From contig JANQNG010000002.1 of NCBI GenBank assembly GCA_028279685.1, positions 76,144 through 140,143 on the forward strand: a stretch of DNA of 64,000 nt, written 5' to 3'. Positions within the stretch are counted from its first letter, which is position 1. Each line of letters begins with the position of its first letter. This DNA is from Candidatus Nanoarchaeia archaeon (GTDB lineage Archaea > Nanobdellota > Nanobdellia > Woesearchaeales > SKIA01). The notes beneath the pieces are model-generated. The model was not told the DNA's origin. It was given only the letters and a program-made list of their open reading frames with translations, and searched no databases. The translations under genes were made by a program, and so were the position numbers. This document shows, in pieces, positions 17,211 to 26,854 of this stretch.

Positions 17211-17880
17211 CGAGTAATTCCCTCACCTTTTCAGCAATCCTATCGAGGTTCTTTCCTCCTTTCTCAAAATTCAATTTGCCAGAATTCACTATCATTTTCG
17301 GCCCTTTATAGGAAAAAAACAGCTTCCGATATCTTTTGTCAAGCTCCTGCAAATACATATTCTTTGATTGTGTAAGCTCTTTCTCATAAGGATTGTTCCT
17401 TTTTCTCAGACGTTGCTTCAACGTCCTTACAGGAGCAGAGAGAAAAATCAACAAATCAGGTTTCTTCAACTTTCTTGTAAGTAAAAAATAGAGGATTTTA
17501 TATTTGAGATAATCACCAACACGCATTAAACCTTTCTTATAGCTATTTTTTGTAAAAATCTCTTTATCCTCATAGATACTTCTATCTTGAATAATAGGCT
17601 CATCATAGCTAAGAATCTTCTTGTGATCTCTTACTCTGTTAATCAAATAAAACTCCTGCAGTTGATATGATGCTTTCTGTGCCAATCTTCTAATGTTCTT
17701 ATCATGAGGATTGCATTCCATGAGCTTTAACCATTTATAGAATGCAGGAAGAAAAGGATTATCTCTCACAGGCTCTTCATACATTCGTATCCTAAGTTTC
17801 TTGGAGAGCTTTTTTGCTAGTGTTGTTTTCCCAGAAGCAATATTCCCTGCAATCACAATAAAAAAATGGTTTCCCATCAT
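17203..17880 (-). CDS. Deoxynucleoside kinase (dNK family), second paralog
   Basis: AGNIASGKTT, YEEPV..NPFL, QDRSIYED, PDLLIFL; ATG near 17880 preferred over 17946. Confidence 0.9.
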   Translation of the reverse strand: MMGNHFFIVIAGNIASGKTTLAKKLSKKLRIRMYEEPVRDNPFLPAFYKWLKLMECNPHDKNIRRLAQKASYQLQEFYLINRVRDHKKILSYDEPIIQDRSIYEDKEIFTKNSYKKGLMRVGDYLKYKILYFLLTRKLKKPDLLIFLSAPVRTLKQRLRKRNNPYEKELTQSKNMYLQELDKRYRKLFFSYKGPKMIVNSGKLNFEKGGKNLDRIAEKVRELLDG

Positions 17881-17946
17881 CCCACCGAACGCAAAAAGTA
17901 AAGACATATAAACTTTTCGCAGATTTATATATTGAAATACTGACAA

Positions 17947-19152
17947 TTAACTATATCTAGTGTGTTTTGATCTGCTGGAAATTCTTCTCTCATAGGCATT
18001 CTTAAGATCATAGAATAACATAGCATAATGATTCGCATCTAATCCACCATAATAGACGCTCTTCGTTATATCTTCCCTCATCCTAAACATCTCCATCTCG
18101 ATTTTTTTGAGTGGCTTTCTCTTTATTTTTCCAGGCATAATAACCTCTATATATTTACAGCCACTATTTGCACATTTTTCATACATAATTGAAACATCTT
18201 CAAATGTAATATCTTCCAGATACTTCAGAGAAATCAATTTCTTAGCTCTTTTATAATCTTTAGAAGAATCAATATCAATCTCCATTTCAGGAGAAGTGTA
18301 TGAAATTTCCATTCGCAAAGGTATTCCTGAAGAACTGATTTTTTCAGAAAATTTATTTTTAACTCTATTAAGATCAACACCAGAAGTGAAATATTCGAAG
18401 ATAAGATATCCATAGAATGCCCAGTTTAAAGGATTGAGCGTTTTTCTACTTCTATAAAAACTCTGAACCTTTTTTTGTACACTACTTATATCGTTTTCAA
18501 AAAATTTTTTAATATTGCTAAATACAGCAGCATTTGCTCCTCTTATGTATCCTTTACTTCTGTCTCTTTTCTTAATTCTCACAGGAGGTCTACTGAAAAA
18601 TGGAATTTTCTTCTTTAATTCTTTGTAATCAACACAAAACACCGTGGCAAGTATGTTGTCTTTAGATTCATTCTTTACAGCAGCTAAACAGGTTTCTAGC
18701 GATTCTTTGTTTGCAAGAAATGCATCTCCTAATGTTGCCAGAACTCTATCAGCAACATTTTTTCCCTCTGACTCAAGAATGTTCTTTTGATTAATCCATT
18801 CCTGCTGTGCTTTGAGAATATTATCACTGAATGTTCTCCCTTGCTGGACAACAACATATCTTCTCCTTCTTGGTTGTTTTTCAAGAACTCTCTCGAGAGA
18901 ATGTTTATCTCCTATAATAATCACTGTATCAAACAAATCACAATGTTCATATGCTTCAATATGATGTTCAATTACCGTCTTGCCTGTTTTTTCATCAAGA
19001 ACCTTTACTGCTTTATTCTTGTAATCAATTAATGATTCTCCATAAATTACTTCAACTATTTTGTGATGTACATAATCCAATATCTTCTTCCATTTATGCT
19101 CTCTTTTCTGATTAAATCCAGAAAAAACAACACCTATATCAACTTCAGCCAC
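17947..19152 (-). CDS. GT-A fold / MobA-like nucleotidyltransferase-related protein
   Basis: VVFSG, NKAV...GKTVIEH, LATLGD, IDIDSSKD pattern. Confidence 0.55.
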   Translation of the reverse strand: MAEVDIGVVFSGFNQKREHKWKKILDYVHHKIVEVIYGESLIDYKNKAVKVLDEKTGKTVIEHHIEAYEHCDLFDTVIIIGDKHSLERVLEKQPRRRRYVVVQQGRTFSDNILKAQQEWINQKNILESEGKNVADRVLATLGDAFLANKESLETCLAAVKNESKDNILATVFCVDYKELKKKIPFFSRPPVRIKKRDRSKGYIRGANAAVFSNIKKFFENDISSVQKKVQSFYRSRKTLNPLNWAFYGYLIFEYFTSGVDLNRVKNKFSEKISSSGIPLRMEISYTSPEMEIDIDSSKDYKRAKKLISLKYLEDITFEDVSIMYEKCANSGCKYIEVIMPGKIKRKPLKKIEMEMFRMREDITKSVYYGGLDANHYAMLFYDLKNAYERRISSRSKHTRYS

Positions 19153-19267
19153 ATTTGCCGAGAATGCAGAAGAATTTATATTGGTTTCTTATTTTCATCT
19201 CTACTTATCGCATGTACTTAACACACAATATACGTAAATTTATAAAACTAGGAATATTAATGCTAAT

Positions 19268-19675
19268 ATGAAATACTATCTTGATATCAAAAAAAGTGCT
19301 ATTCATGGCAAAGGAGTGTTCGCAAGAAACAACATTCCAAAAGACACTATGTTCTATCAAGTGCCTTTGAACCATATCTTTCTCAAACCGAAAGCAAGAT
19401 GTGCATATATAAAAGGAAAATACGTCTATGATGGTGCTGTACTGAACTGGATAAATCACAGCTGTGATCCCAATACAGAACTCGATGTTTCTGGTGATGT
19501 TCCTGTACTGAAATCATTACGCAACATCTCTCCAAAAGAAGAAATCACCGTAGACTATGAAAAAACAGAAAAACACCAAACAAAACATGCCTGTAACTGC
19601 GGCTCAAAGAACTGCAGAAACTCCTTCTGGAGCTCTGCAGTACTATCCACTTCAAAATATGAGTATCCTGAATAA
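19268..19675 (+). CDS. SET-domain protein lysine methyltransferase with post-SET motif
   Basis: SAIHGKGVFA, NHSCDPN, EEITVDY, CNCGSKNCR. Confidence 0.92.
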   Translation: MKYYLDIKKSAIHGKGVFARNNIPKDTMFYQVPLNHIFLKPKARCAYIKGKYVYDGAVLNWINHSCDPNTELDVSGDVPVLKSLRNISPKEEITVDYEKTEKHQTKHACNCGSKNCRNSFWSSAVLSTSKYEYPE

Positions 19676-19687
19676 AAAAATTCATAA

Positions 19688-19966
19688 GACTCTGTAGAAA
19701 TGCTATTTAGCACATTGCTGACAATACTGCCTAGCGCAACTATCATATTGCTTATCTGAGGAATATAATCGAATTACGCAATGATCTGCATTAAAAAGTG
19801 AAGCGCAGTATTGTCAGCCTGTATGTTATACACTACTGCGCTTCGTGTACTATGTGCAATCAAAGAAGCAAATCGATTATAGCAAATAAATACACCACCA
19901 GAGTACTCCGCTAGGCAGTAGTGTATAACAAATAATAGTATGTCTTTAAAGCATTTCCACAGAGCC
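19688..19966 (-). ncRNA. Candidate ~280-nt structured non-coding element (strand tentative)
   Basis: Terminal inverted repeat 19690-19704/19950-19964, four TACTGC-core sites with swapped arms, internal TATAATCGA/TCGATTATA; minus-strand TATA-like box (~19982-19989) and oligo-T (~19675-19680). Confidence 0.6.
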
Positions 19967-20010
19967 AAATCATAAGAAAATTATATAAACTCTTCATTCT
20001 TGTCTGCGCT

Positions 20011-20436
20011 ATGGTCATTATAAAAATAAAGGCATTAAACAAGCATGCGAGTATACCTGCATTCTCCAGACAAGGAGATGCTGCTTTTGATCTGCATTCT
20101 TTAGAGACATATACTGTAAAACCTGGTGAACGACATATTTTTCCGACAGGAATAGCAACAGAATTCCCTGAAGGTTATGTGTTATTATATAGAGATCGTT
20201 CAGGTTTAGCAGCGAATCATGGCATTCATGTTCTAGCAGGTGTTATCGACCCGACATATAGAGGAGAACACAAAATTGTTATTCTCAACACAGGAAAAGA
20301 AACATACGAAATAAAAAAAGGAGATCGTATCGTCCAAGCTATTCTGTTGAAGCTTCCTGATGTTGAAATTAAAGAAGTAAATGAACTTTCAGATTCTAAT
20401 CGTGGAAAAGAAAGATTTGGTAGTAGTGGAAGATGA
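20011..20436 (+). CDS. dut: Trimeric dUTPase
   Basis: AAFDL, RSGLA, GVIDPTYRGE, GDRIVQ, RG..RFGSSG. Confidence 0.95.
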   Translation: MVIIKIKALNKHASIPAFSRQGDAAFDLHSLETYTVKPGERHIFPTGIATEFPEGYVLLYRDRSGLAANHGIHVLAGVIDPTYRGEHKIVILNTGKETYEIKKGDRIVQAILLKLPDVEIKEVNELSDSNRGKERFGSSGR

Positions 20437-21567
20437 TTATCTTTTCTTCTTAGCTTTTTTCTTCGCTTTCTTTTTTGCTTTCTTCTTTTTCACAGCTTTC
20501 TTAGTTCTTTTTCTTACAGCTTTTACAACGTTAGGTGCTTTTCCTTTCTCCATATACAATGTTCTCGTCGGAAATGGAATTTTAATACCATTCTCCTTCA
20601 ACGCATAAAACACTTCCGTTGTCACTTCATCCTGAATAGTGAACTTACGCCTAAAATCACTAATGTAAAATATTAATTTGAAATCAAGAGAAAAATCATT
20701 CATTTCAGTAAACCAAACCATAACTTCTTTGTCTGTATCGAGATATTTCTTTCCTTTTACAACATTCTTCAACACACGCTTTACTCTTTCAGGGTCTGAC
20801 CCATATGCAACACCGACAGGGATTACAATACGTATCTCATCATTCGGCTGTGCATAATTAATGAACTTATTTTGTGCTAATATGCTGTTAGGCACAATAA
20901 GCATCTCGTCATCAAATGTCTTTATTCTCGTCGATCTAATACCTATTTCATCCACTGTTCCAAGCTCTCCCGACTCAAGTTTCACAATATCTCCAATACG
21001 GAAGCTTTTATCCATTACAAGAGAGATACCTCCAAAAATATTCGCTGTACTATCCTTAAGCCCAAATCCTATGATGATACCTGCCACTCCTAATGATGCA
21101 AGCAAAGGACCTATCGATACCCCCCACAACGTGAGAATGACAAAAATCGCAAATACCAACATAAGAATCCTTGCAAACCCTCTGATGAGAGGCATTACTT
21201 CATGGCTGAATGAGTGCCTTGAACCTCTGGCTAAAGAACGACCCCAAAACATAAGGAATTCATCAATCAGCAATGATACAATAAAAAACAATGCTATATC
21301 AAAGAATGTCTGAATGATATTCATGATTACTTTTGAAATTTGCAGAGGAGTTATAGCCAAAAATAATCCATAGAGTACAATAAAAAGAAACAAAGGCTTG
21401 TGAATTCTGGTAAGTATGTGTGTCATCTTATTATTGTATCCTCTGATATAAATTTCAATAAGCTCTTCAATTATAATAGCCAATACAAAGGATAACACAA
21501 AGATCAATGCAGCATCAGCTAAAGGAAATTTATCCAGCAACTCCAATAACTTCTGAAAAAACCCCAT
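20437..21567 (-). CDS. mscS: Small-conductance mechanosensitive channel with Lys-rich tail
   Basis: LLASLGVAGIIIGFGLKD, FRIGDIV, IGIRST, IVPNS, GIKIPFP. Confidence 0.92.
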   Translation of the reverse strand: MGFFQKLLELLDKFPLADAALIFVLSFVLAIIIEELIEIYIRGYNNKMTHILTRIHKPLFLFIVLYGLFLAITPLQISKVIMNIIQTFFDIALFFIVSLLIDEFLMFWGRSLARGSRHSFSHEVMPLIRGFARILMLVFAIFVILTLWGVSIGPLLASLGVAGIIIGFGLKDSTANIFGGISLVMDKSFRIGDIVKLESGELGTVDEIGIRSTRIKTFDDEMLIVPNSILAQNKFINYAQPNDEIRIVIPVGVAYGSDPERVKRVLKNVVKGKKYLDTDKEVMVWFTEMNDFSLDFKLIFYISDFRRKFTIQDEVTTEVFYALKENGIKIPFPTRTLYMEKGKAPNVVKAVRKRTKKAVKKKKAKKKAKKKAKKKR

Positions 21568-21646
21568 TACTTTAATAGAGTGGTTTCTTTTTAAATACTT
21601 TTACAAACACTGAGAAAAAGTAACATAAGTTCTTCGCAATCGTATG

Positions 21647-22174
21647 CTATGCAGCCATCTTTTCCACTTGAATAGCGCAACTACAAGGGAGTTTGCATCT
21701 GATCCTGTCACAGGCTCTTTTGACAATAGGAATCTGACTCTCCAAGCAATCAACCTCGCAGATAGTATCTCCTTTGAAGACACGAGCAGCAACTGAGATT
21801 GACTTACCGAAGCTCTTCTTCATTCCCGTACTCATACGATCTGCACCCGCTCCTGATGCCAATGGATTTTCTCTAAGAATATGATGCGGAAATATTCTAA
21901 TTCTGAATCTATATGTATTTTTGCCGAGTTTCTTCTCCATATGCCTATTAGCACTCTGTCTAGCAGATTCAATCGCGTTATGTCTGATCTGGAGATCTGC
22001 CTTAGCAAGCACTTTGACTCTGAAAGGAAACTCCTTTTTAGCATCACCCATAACAAATCTTACCACTCTGCTGTTCGGAGTAGCTCTTACAAAAGATTTA
22101 GCTCTATATTTCGATTTTCTTGTGTATGGGCGTTCAATCCTCCTATATGCAACAAATTTCCTCTTCTTTGCCAT
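21647..22174 (-). CDS. rpl10e: 50S ribosomal protein L10e (uL16)
   Basis: QIRHNAIESAR, FPHHILREN, GAGADRMSTGM. Confidence 0.96.
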   Translation of the reverse strand: MAKKRKFVAYRRIERPYTRKSKYRAKSFVRATPNSRVVRFVMGDAKKEFPFRVKVLAKADLQIRHNAIESARQSANRHMEKKLGKNTYRFRIRIFPHHILRENPLASGAGADRMSTGMKKSFGKSISVAARVFKGDTICEVDCLESQIPIVKRACDRIRCKLPCSCAIQVEKMAA

Positions 22175-22206
22175 TTTTCCTCAGAATAAGGCTCTCTTTA
22201 TAAATA

Positions 22207-22377
22207 TTACTTGATCATGAAGCGTTTGCCTTTCTTCGCAGGCACAACCTTGAAGTCCTTCAATTTCTGCTCTTCAGCCCATTTCTTGGCTGATACCTCT
22301 GTACTGAACGTTTTCGACCTTGGCTTCCTGTTCCTTCCGCGTTTCAGCAAAATAGGTCGTACTGATCGTATACTCAT
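22207..22377 (-). CDS. Small basic protein (56 aa) missed by the ORF track
   Basis: MSIRSVRPILLKRGRNRKPRSKTFSTEVSAKKWAEEQKLKDFKVVPAKKGKRFMIK; fills the gap between two minus-strand genes. Confidence 0.65.
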   Translation of the reverse strand: MSIRSVRPILLKRGRNRKPRSKTFSTEVSAKKWAEEQKLKDFKVVPAKKGKRFMIK

Positions 22378-22379
22378 TG

Positions 22380-22643
22380 TTAATACCTTTTCTGGCTTAC
22401 TCTGCCTTTCATTATCTTCTCCTGCCGTTTTTCTACTTTAGGACTGAGTTTTATAGGGTTTCTTCTGTTGAAGCGAAGGAATTTATCTATTTTATTGTCG
22501 TTGTCAAGCTTGAACTCATCGGCATCTTCAGGTACTTTAATAGTTCCTAATGACTTGATAGTCTCTTCCTTCTTGGATAAGCCCGAGTAACGCTCATTCT
22601 TGATGTTCTTCTTTTTCTTATCCTTTTTCTTCTTCTTACCCAT
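22380..22643 (-). CDS. Small Lys-rich hypothetical protein
   Basis: 87-aa ORF with TTTAAAAA box upstream. Confidence 0.55.
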   Translation of the reverse strand: MGKKKKKDKKKKNIKNERYSGLSKKEETIKSLGTIKVPEDADEFKLDNDNKIDKFLRFNRRNPIKLSPKVEKRQEKIMKGRVSQKRY

Positions 22644-22682
22644 GGCTTTAAAGATTCCAGATTTGTTTTTAAATATTTTGAT

Positions 22683-23636
22683 TTAAGAAAGAAATTTCTG
22701 ATTCAGCGCATCTCCTAAATCGAGAAGGTATTCCTTGCCGAATTCATTATTATAGAGATCATCAAGCAGGAAATGAGGTAAAATATCAAGATCTTGTCGA
22801 ATTGCCGTAAGACCTACTGCTAGCGCAGCAACGCTATCAGTATCTCCTCCAAGCAAAACAGCTTGTTTCAATACCTCTGAAGCACTAGGGTAACAATGCT
22901 GAAGAATATACATGACTGCTCCCAATGTCTTAGGTCCATGACAGGGAACACCAACATCTGCATTACCTTCTCCAAACAAAGTTTCAGGGTCAAATGATTG
23001 CATCGTGTAAGTTTTTTCAAGATAATTCGCAGTTTCGGGATGAATTTGAGCAACATGTTCTTGTACTTGTTTTGACAAACTCATAATATCTTTGTTAGTG
23101 TGCATTAAGTAATGTGCAGCAACAGCAATACCGACAGAAGAAACTTTTCCCTCAGGAGTATTGTGTGTAAGCTCTGCATTGATAATAGCGTAATCGATAA
23201 CCTTCTTTAAGTCATTAACAAACCCTATTGGAATAGCTCTCATCGCAGCACCGTTGCGTATTGAGTCATCTTTAATACCGTAAAGAAATTCTTCCCCTGA
23301 ACCAACAACTTCAAGAAATTTCTGAAATCCTCCTGCATATCCTTTGATAGGATCTCGTTTATAACACCCAACAAAAAAATCAGCTAGATTATTGTGGTTG
23401 AATCTATTATCTGAAATCAATAATTCTGCAATCGCAATTGACATCTGTGTATCATCAGTATATCTTCCAGGAGTACACCATTCTGGATTCGGATGATTGC
23501 TATACCTCGAAAAATCAAACGCCTTCTTGATCTCTTTTCTTCCTCCAGGATAGAACTCATATCCTACTCCGAAGGTATCACCTATGGCAATACCCAGCAT
23601 TGTTCTTTGTCCAGTATTCATGGTGCTGGAAATCAC
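22683..23636 (-). CDS. ADP-ribosylglycohydrolase (DraG/ARH family)
   Basis: GIAIGD, YTDDTQM, NGAAMR, LTH, GGDTDS. Confidence 0.93.
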   Translation of the reverse strand: MISSTMNTGQRTMLGIAIGDTFGVGYEFYPGGRKEIKKAFDFSRYSNHPNPEWCTPGRYTDDTQMSIAIAELLISDNRFNHNNLADFFVGCYKRDPIKGYAGGFQKFLEVVGSGEEFLYGIKDDSIRNGAAMRAIPIGFVNDLKKVIDYAIINAELTHNTPEGKVSSVGIAVAAHYLMHTNKDIMSLSKQVQEHVAQIHPETANYLEKTYTMQSFDPETLFGEGNADVGVPCHGPKTLGAVMYILQHCYPSASEVLKQAVLLGGDTDSVAALAVGLTAIRQDLDILPHFLLDDLYNNEFGKEYLLDLGDALNQKFLS

Positions 23637-23714
23637 TACCTCTATATAAATCTGTTATTTCTGCACAGAGGATTATTCACAAGGTATATAAAAATAGAGT
23701 GTTCATTTTTCAAT

Positions 23715-24485
23715 ATGAAACAACTACAGCAAAAAATTCTCTTTTGGTACAATAAGCACAAGCGAGATCTTCCTTGGAGAAAAACAAGAAATCCCTATCA
23801 TATCCTTGTTTCTGAAGTTATGCTGCAGCAAACACAAGTCGACAGAGTCATCCCCTATTATCTTCGTTGGTTGAAGAAATTTCCTACTATTGAAAAACTC
23901 GCGAGAGCACAGCCAAGAACAGTGTTGAACTATTGGTCTGGTCTAGGATACAATAACAGAGCATTGCGTTTACAGCAAACTGCAAAAACATTAGAAGGAA
24001 AGTCATTTCCAAAAACAGAGGAAGAACTCAAGGCACTACCAGGCATCGGACCATACACTGCACGAGCAATACTCTCATTCGCGTTCAACAAAGAAGTTCC
24101 TGTTATTGACACAAACATAAGAAGAATACTTATCCATGAGTTGAAGCTCAAAGAAAACACGCTGCCTCTTGAGCTCGAGGAGAGAGCAAAAAAACTCATT
24201 CCAAAAGGAAAATCACGCATATGGCATAATGCATTAATGGATTATGGTGCAATACACCTCACCTCAAGAAAAACAGGCATCAAGTCATTAAGTAAGCAAT
24301 CAAAGTTCGAAGGCAGTGAACGACAGGCAAGAGGAAAGATACTGAAACTTCTTCTCGCGCAAAAAACTATTTCCCTTATTTCACTAAAGCAAAAAGGCTT
24401 CCATAATAATATAGATCATATAATCGCAAAGATGGTTAAAGAGAACATCATCATAAAAGAAGCTCGTTCTATCAGGCTACGATAA
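23715..24485 (+). CDS. MutY-like HhH-GPD adenine glycosylase lacking the Fe-S cysteines
   Basis: RDLPWR, VSEVMLQQTQV, WSGLGY, LPGIGPYTA, IDTNIRR, ALMDYGA; start at MKQLQQ. Confidence 0.88.
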   Translation: MKQLQQKILFWYNKHKRDLPWRKTRNPYHILVSEVMLQQTQVDRVIPYYLRWLKKFPTIEKLARAQPRTVLNYWSGLGYNNRALRLQQTAKTLEGKSFPKTEEELKALPGIGPYTARAILSFAFNKEVPVIDTNIRRILIHELKLKENTLPLELEERAKKLIPKGKSRIWHNALMDYGAIHLTSRKTGIKSLSKQSKFEGSERQARGKILKLLLAQKTISLISLKQKGFHNNIDHIIAKMVKENIIIKEARSIRLR

Positions 24486-24560
24486 TCTGTACCTCTGATG
24501 CATAAGTATTATAAAGTATTGTTAACTATGGTTAATTATGAAATTCTGGAGGTTATTACT

Positions 24561-25148
24561 ATGAAAAATGCATTGTTGATACTAAGTATATTAGGGCTCA
24601 TGCTCCTGGCAAGTTGTACTGCAGCTGTCAGCAGCCAAGCGACAGAAACAGCAGAGATCCCTGGCGCTGCAGCAACAGAACCATCTGCATCAGTCAAAGA
24701 GAAAAAAACGATGATCTGGCTCGATACACCATTGACTGACGTCAGAACAGGAGAGAGTTTCATGTTCTCTGATTATGCAGGCAAAACAGTATTAGTAGAA
24801 AGTTTTGCAACATTCTGTCCTGCTTGCAAAAAACAGCAGCAACACATCAAAGAATTCCATGAAGCAGTTGGCGACAGTGTTGTCTCAATAGGATTAAACA
24901 CCGATCCGAATGAAGACGCTGAACTTGTACTGAGTTATGCAAACAATAATAATTTTGATTGGACATATGCAGTAGCACCAAATGATTTGACACAAACACT
25001 AGTTGATGAATTCGGCACAGCCATAGTGAGCACTCCAACGGCACCTATTGTGATGATCTGCAAAGACCAATCATCAAGGTTGCTTCCATCAGGAGTAAAA
25101 AATCCTGAGACATTGCAGGAAGAAATCGAAAAAGGATGCAATCTCTAA
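24561..25148 (+). CDS. TlpA/redoxin-like thioredoxin-fold lipoprotein
   Basis: Lipobox-like LLASC, FATFCPAC; SD GGAGG before ATG 24561. Confidence 0.85.
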   Translation: MKNALLILSILGLMLLASCTAAVSSQATETAEIPGAAATEPSASVKEKKTMIWLDTPLTDVRTGESFMFSDYAGKTVLVESFATFCPACKKQQQHIKEFHEAVGDSVVSIGLNTDPNEDAELVLSYANNNNFDWTYAVAPNDLTQTLVDEFGTAIVSTPTAPIVMICKDQSSRLLPSGVKNPETLQEEIEKGCNL

Positions 25149-25149
25149 A

Positions 25150-25812
25150 ATGATTTCATCTATTTTTTCTTATTATCTTATTGGACTAGCTGCTCCGTTA
25201 ACAGCAGTATGTGTACTTCCACTATATCCTGGATTCATAGCATACCTTTCAAATAAAGCTAACAAGAAAAATCCACTAACGCTTGGTTTTGTTGTTGCAG
25301 CAGGACTACTTCTCTTCATGACTCTTCTTGGACTCATCTTCACAACAATACTTAAGACATCCCTTACAAAAGCTATCAATATTATCTCACCAATAGCATT
25401 TATGTTGTTAGGAATCATTAGCATTTTACTTTTATTCAATTTCGATTTCAGCAAATTCTTCAAAACCACCCCCCTTCCCCAGAGCAACAACCCATTTCTA
25501 GGTGCGTTGCTCTATGGGTTTTTTTTCGGCGCCATTATCATTCCCTGTAATCCTGGCGTTATAGCATTATTCTTCTCAACCATTCTCACTTCAACAGCTA
25601 AAAGTTTCATTCAAGGATTACTTGGCTTTATCGCATTTGGCATTGGCATGGCAACACCCTTACTAATATTAGCAGCAATCTCCAGTACGGCAAGCGGAGC
25701 AATCATACAATTCTTCGTGAAACATAAAAAGATCATCAACATCATCACAGGCATTATCATGCTAGCAATTTCATTATATTATCTTATTGCAGTATTCCAT
25801 GTTTTCGGATAG
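25150..25812 (+). CDS. ccdA: CcdA/DsbD-type transmembrane electron transporter
   Basis: CVLPLYP and IPCNP cysteine motifs; six TM helices. Confidence 0.85.
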   Translation: MISSIFSYYLIGLAAPLTAVCVLPLYPGFIAYLSNKANKKNPLTLGFVVAAGLLLFMTLLGLIFTTILKTSLTKAINIISPIAFMLLGIISILLLFNFDFSKFFKTTPLPQSNNPFLGALLYGFFFGAIIIPCNPGVIALFFSTILTSTAKSFIQGLLGFIAFGIGMATPLLILAAISSTASGAIIQFFVKHKKIINIITGIIMLAISLYYLIAVFHVFG

Positions 25813-25858
25813 AACTAAGATCCATAAAGATTTAAAGTTTAAATGAGGTAATAAGAAG

Positions 25859-26854
25859 ATGAAAATACACACTATCTTGATTGTTTTTCTTGTTTTCCTT
25901 GCGAGTTGTGGCGTTGCTGAAAACACAAGAAAGTCTCCATTAGAAGCGTCATTCACCGAGGAAGATTATGCCAAAGGACAATGCAAATTCCTCGAAGATG
26001 GCACAAAATATATGATTCATCCTGATGCATTGCAATCAGGAGGACCTCCTAAAGATGGTATTCCTTCTATTGATGATCCAAAATATGTCACAGTAACAGA
26101 AGCAGATGAATGGATTGAAGATAATGAATTAGTTCTGGCTTTGCTACACAAAGATATGAAACGAGTTTATCCATTGCAGATTCTTGTCTGGCATGAGATT
26201 GTGAATGATATTATCGCAGGAGATCCTGTTCTGATAACGTATTGTCCATTGTGCGGATCAGGTATCGCATACAAAAGAATGCTTGATGGAGAAGCAGTTG
26301 AATTCGGCACTACCGGCAAATTATACAATTCAAACCTTGTGATGTATGATCGAAAGACGGAAACGTATTGGACGCAGATTGATGGCAAAGCCATCATTGG
26401 TGAATTGACAGGTCACGAACTGAAAGAAATCTCCATCGATACTGTTGTTTGGCGAGATTGGAAGAAAGCGCATGCTGATTCTGAAGTGCTAAGTCAGAAC
26501 ACAGGATTCAAGCGTGACTATGGCAAAGACCCATACGGAAGTTATTATGAAGATAGTTTTTTGATCTTTCCCGTCGATAATGAAAACAACACAATCCATC
26601 CCAAGACAGTCATCTTCGGTATAGAAATTGATGGTGTATACAAAGCATATCGAGAAGCTGACCTTATTGCATTAGGAGTTATCAATGATGAGATTAATAA
26701 TACAAAAATAAATATAACGAGAGATGAAGCAGGTGTAGTCACTATTGTACAGGCCGATACTGGAAAGGAAATAGTAAAGGAAAGAGACTTCTTCTTCGCA
26801 TGGTACGCTTTTCATCCAGAAACAACAGTTTATGAAATCAATCCAAATAGCTAG
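25859..26854 (+). CDS. DUF3179 family lipoprotein
   Basis: GGPPKDGIPSID, WHEIVND, TYCPLCGSG, GKLYNSNLVMYDR, FAWYAFHP. Confidence 0.9.
   Translation: MKIHTILIVFLVFLASCGVAENTRKSPLEASFTEEDYAKGQCKFLEDGTKYMIHPDALQSGGPPKDGIPSIDDPKYVTVTEADEWIEDNELVLALLHKDMKRVYPLQILVWHEIVNDIIAGDPVLITYCPLCGSGIAYKRMLDGEAVEFGTTGKLYNSNLVMYDRKTETYWTQIDGKAIIGELTGHELKEISIDTVVWRDWKKAHADSEVLSQNTGFKRDYGKDPYGSYYEDSFLIFPVDNENNTIHPKTVIFGIEIDGVYKAYREADLIALGVINDEINNTKINITRDEAGVVTIVQADTGKEIVKERDFFFAWYAFHPETTVYEINPNS

Noticed and set aside
19688..19966. Identification as SRP RNA, RNase P RNA or a dif site
   Set aside because: Could not find the SRP helix 8 motif, the RNase P GAGGAAAGUCC and 3' P4 consensus, or a 28-bp Xer site layout on either strand
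19774..19968. 64-aa minus-strand ORF over the structured element
   Set aside because: TTG start, no recognisable motif, and the region is better explained by nested complementarity; not formally excluded
23493..23714. N-terminal extension of the MutY-like ORF given in the track
   Set aside because: Overlaps the divergent ADP-ribosylglycohydrolase gene; family similarity starts at ATG 23715 after a TATA box
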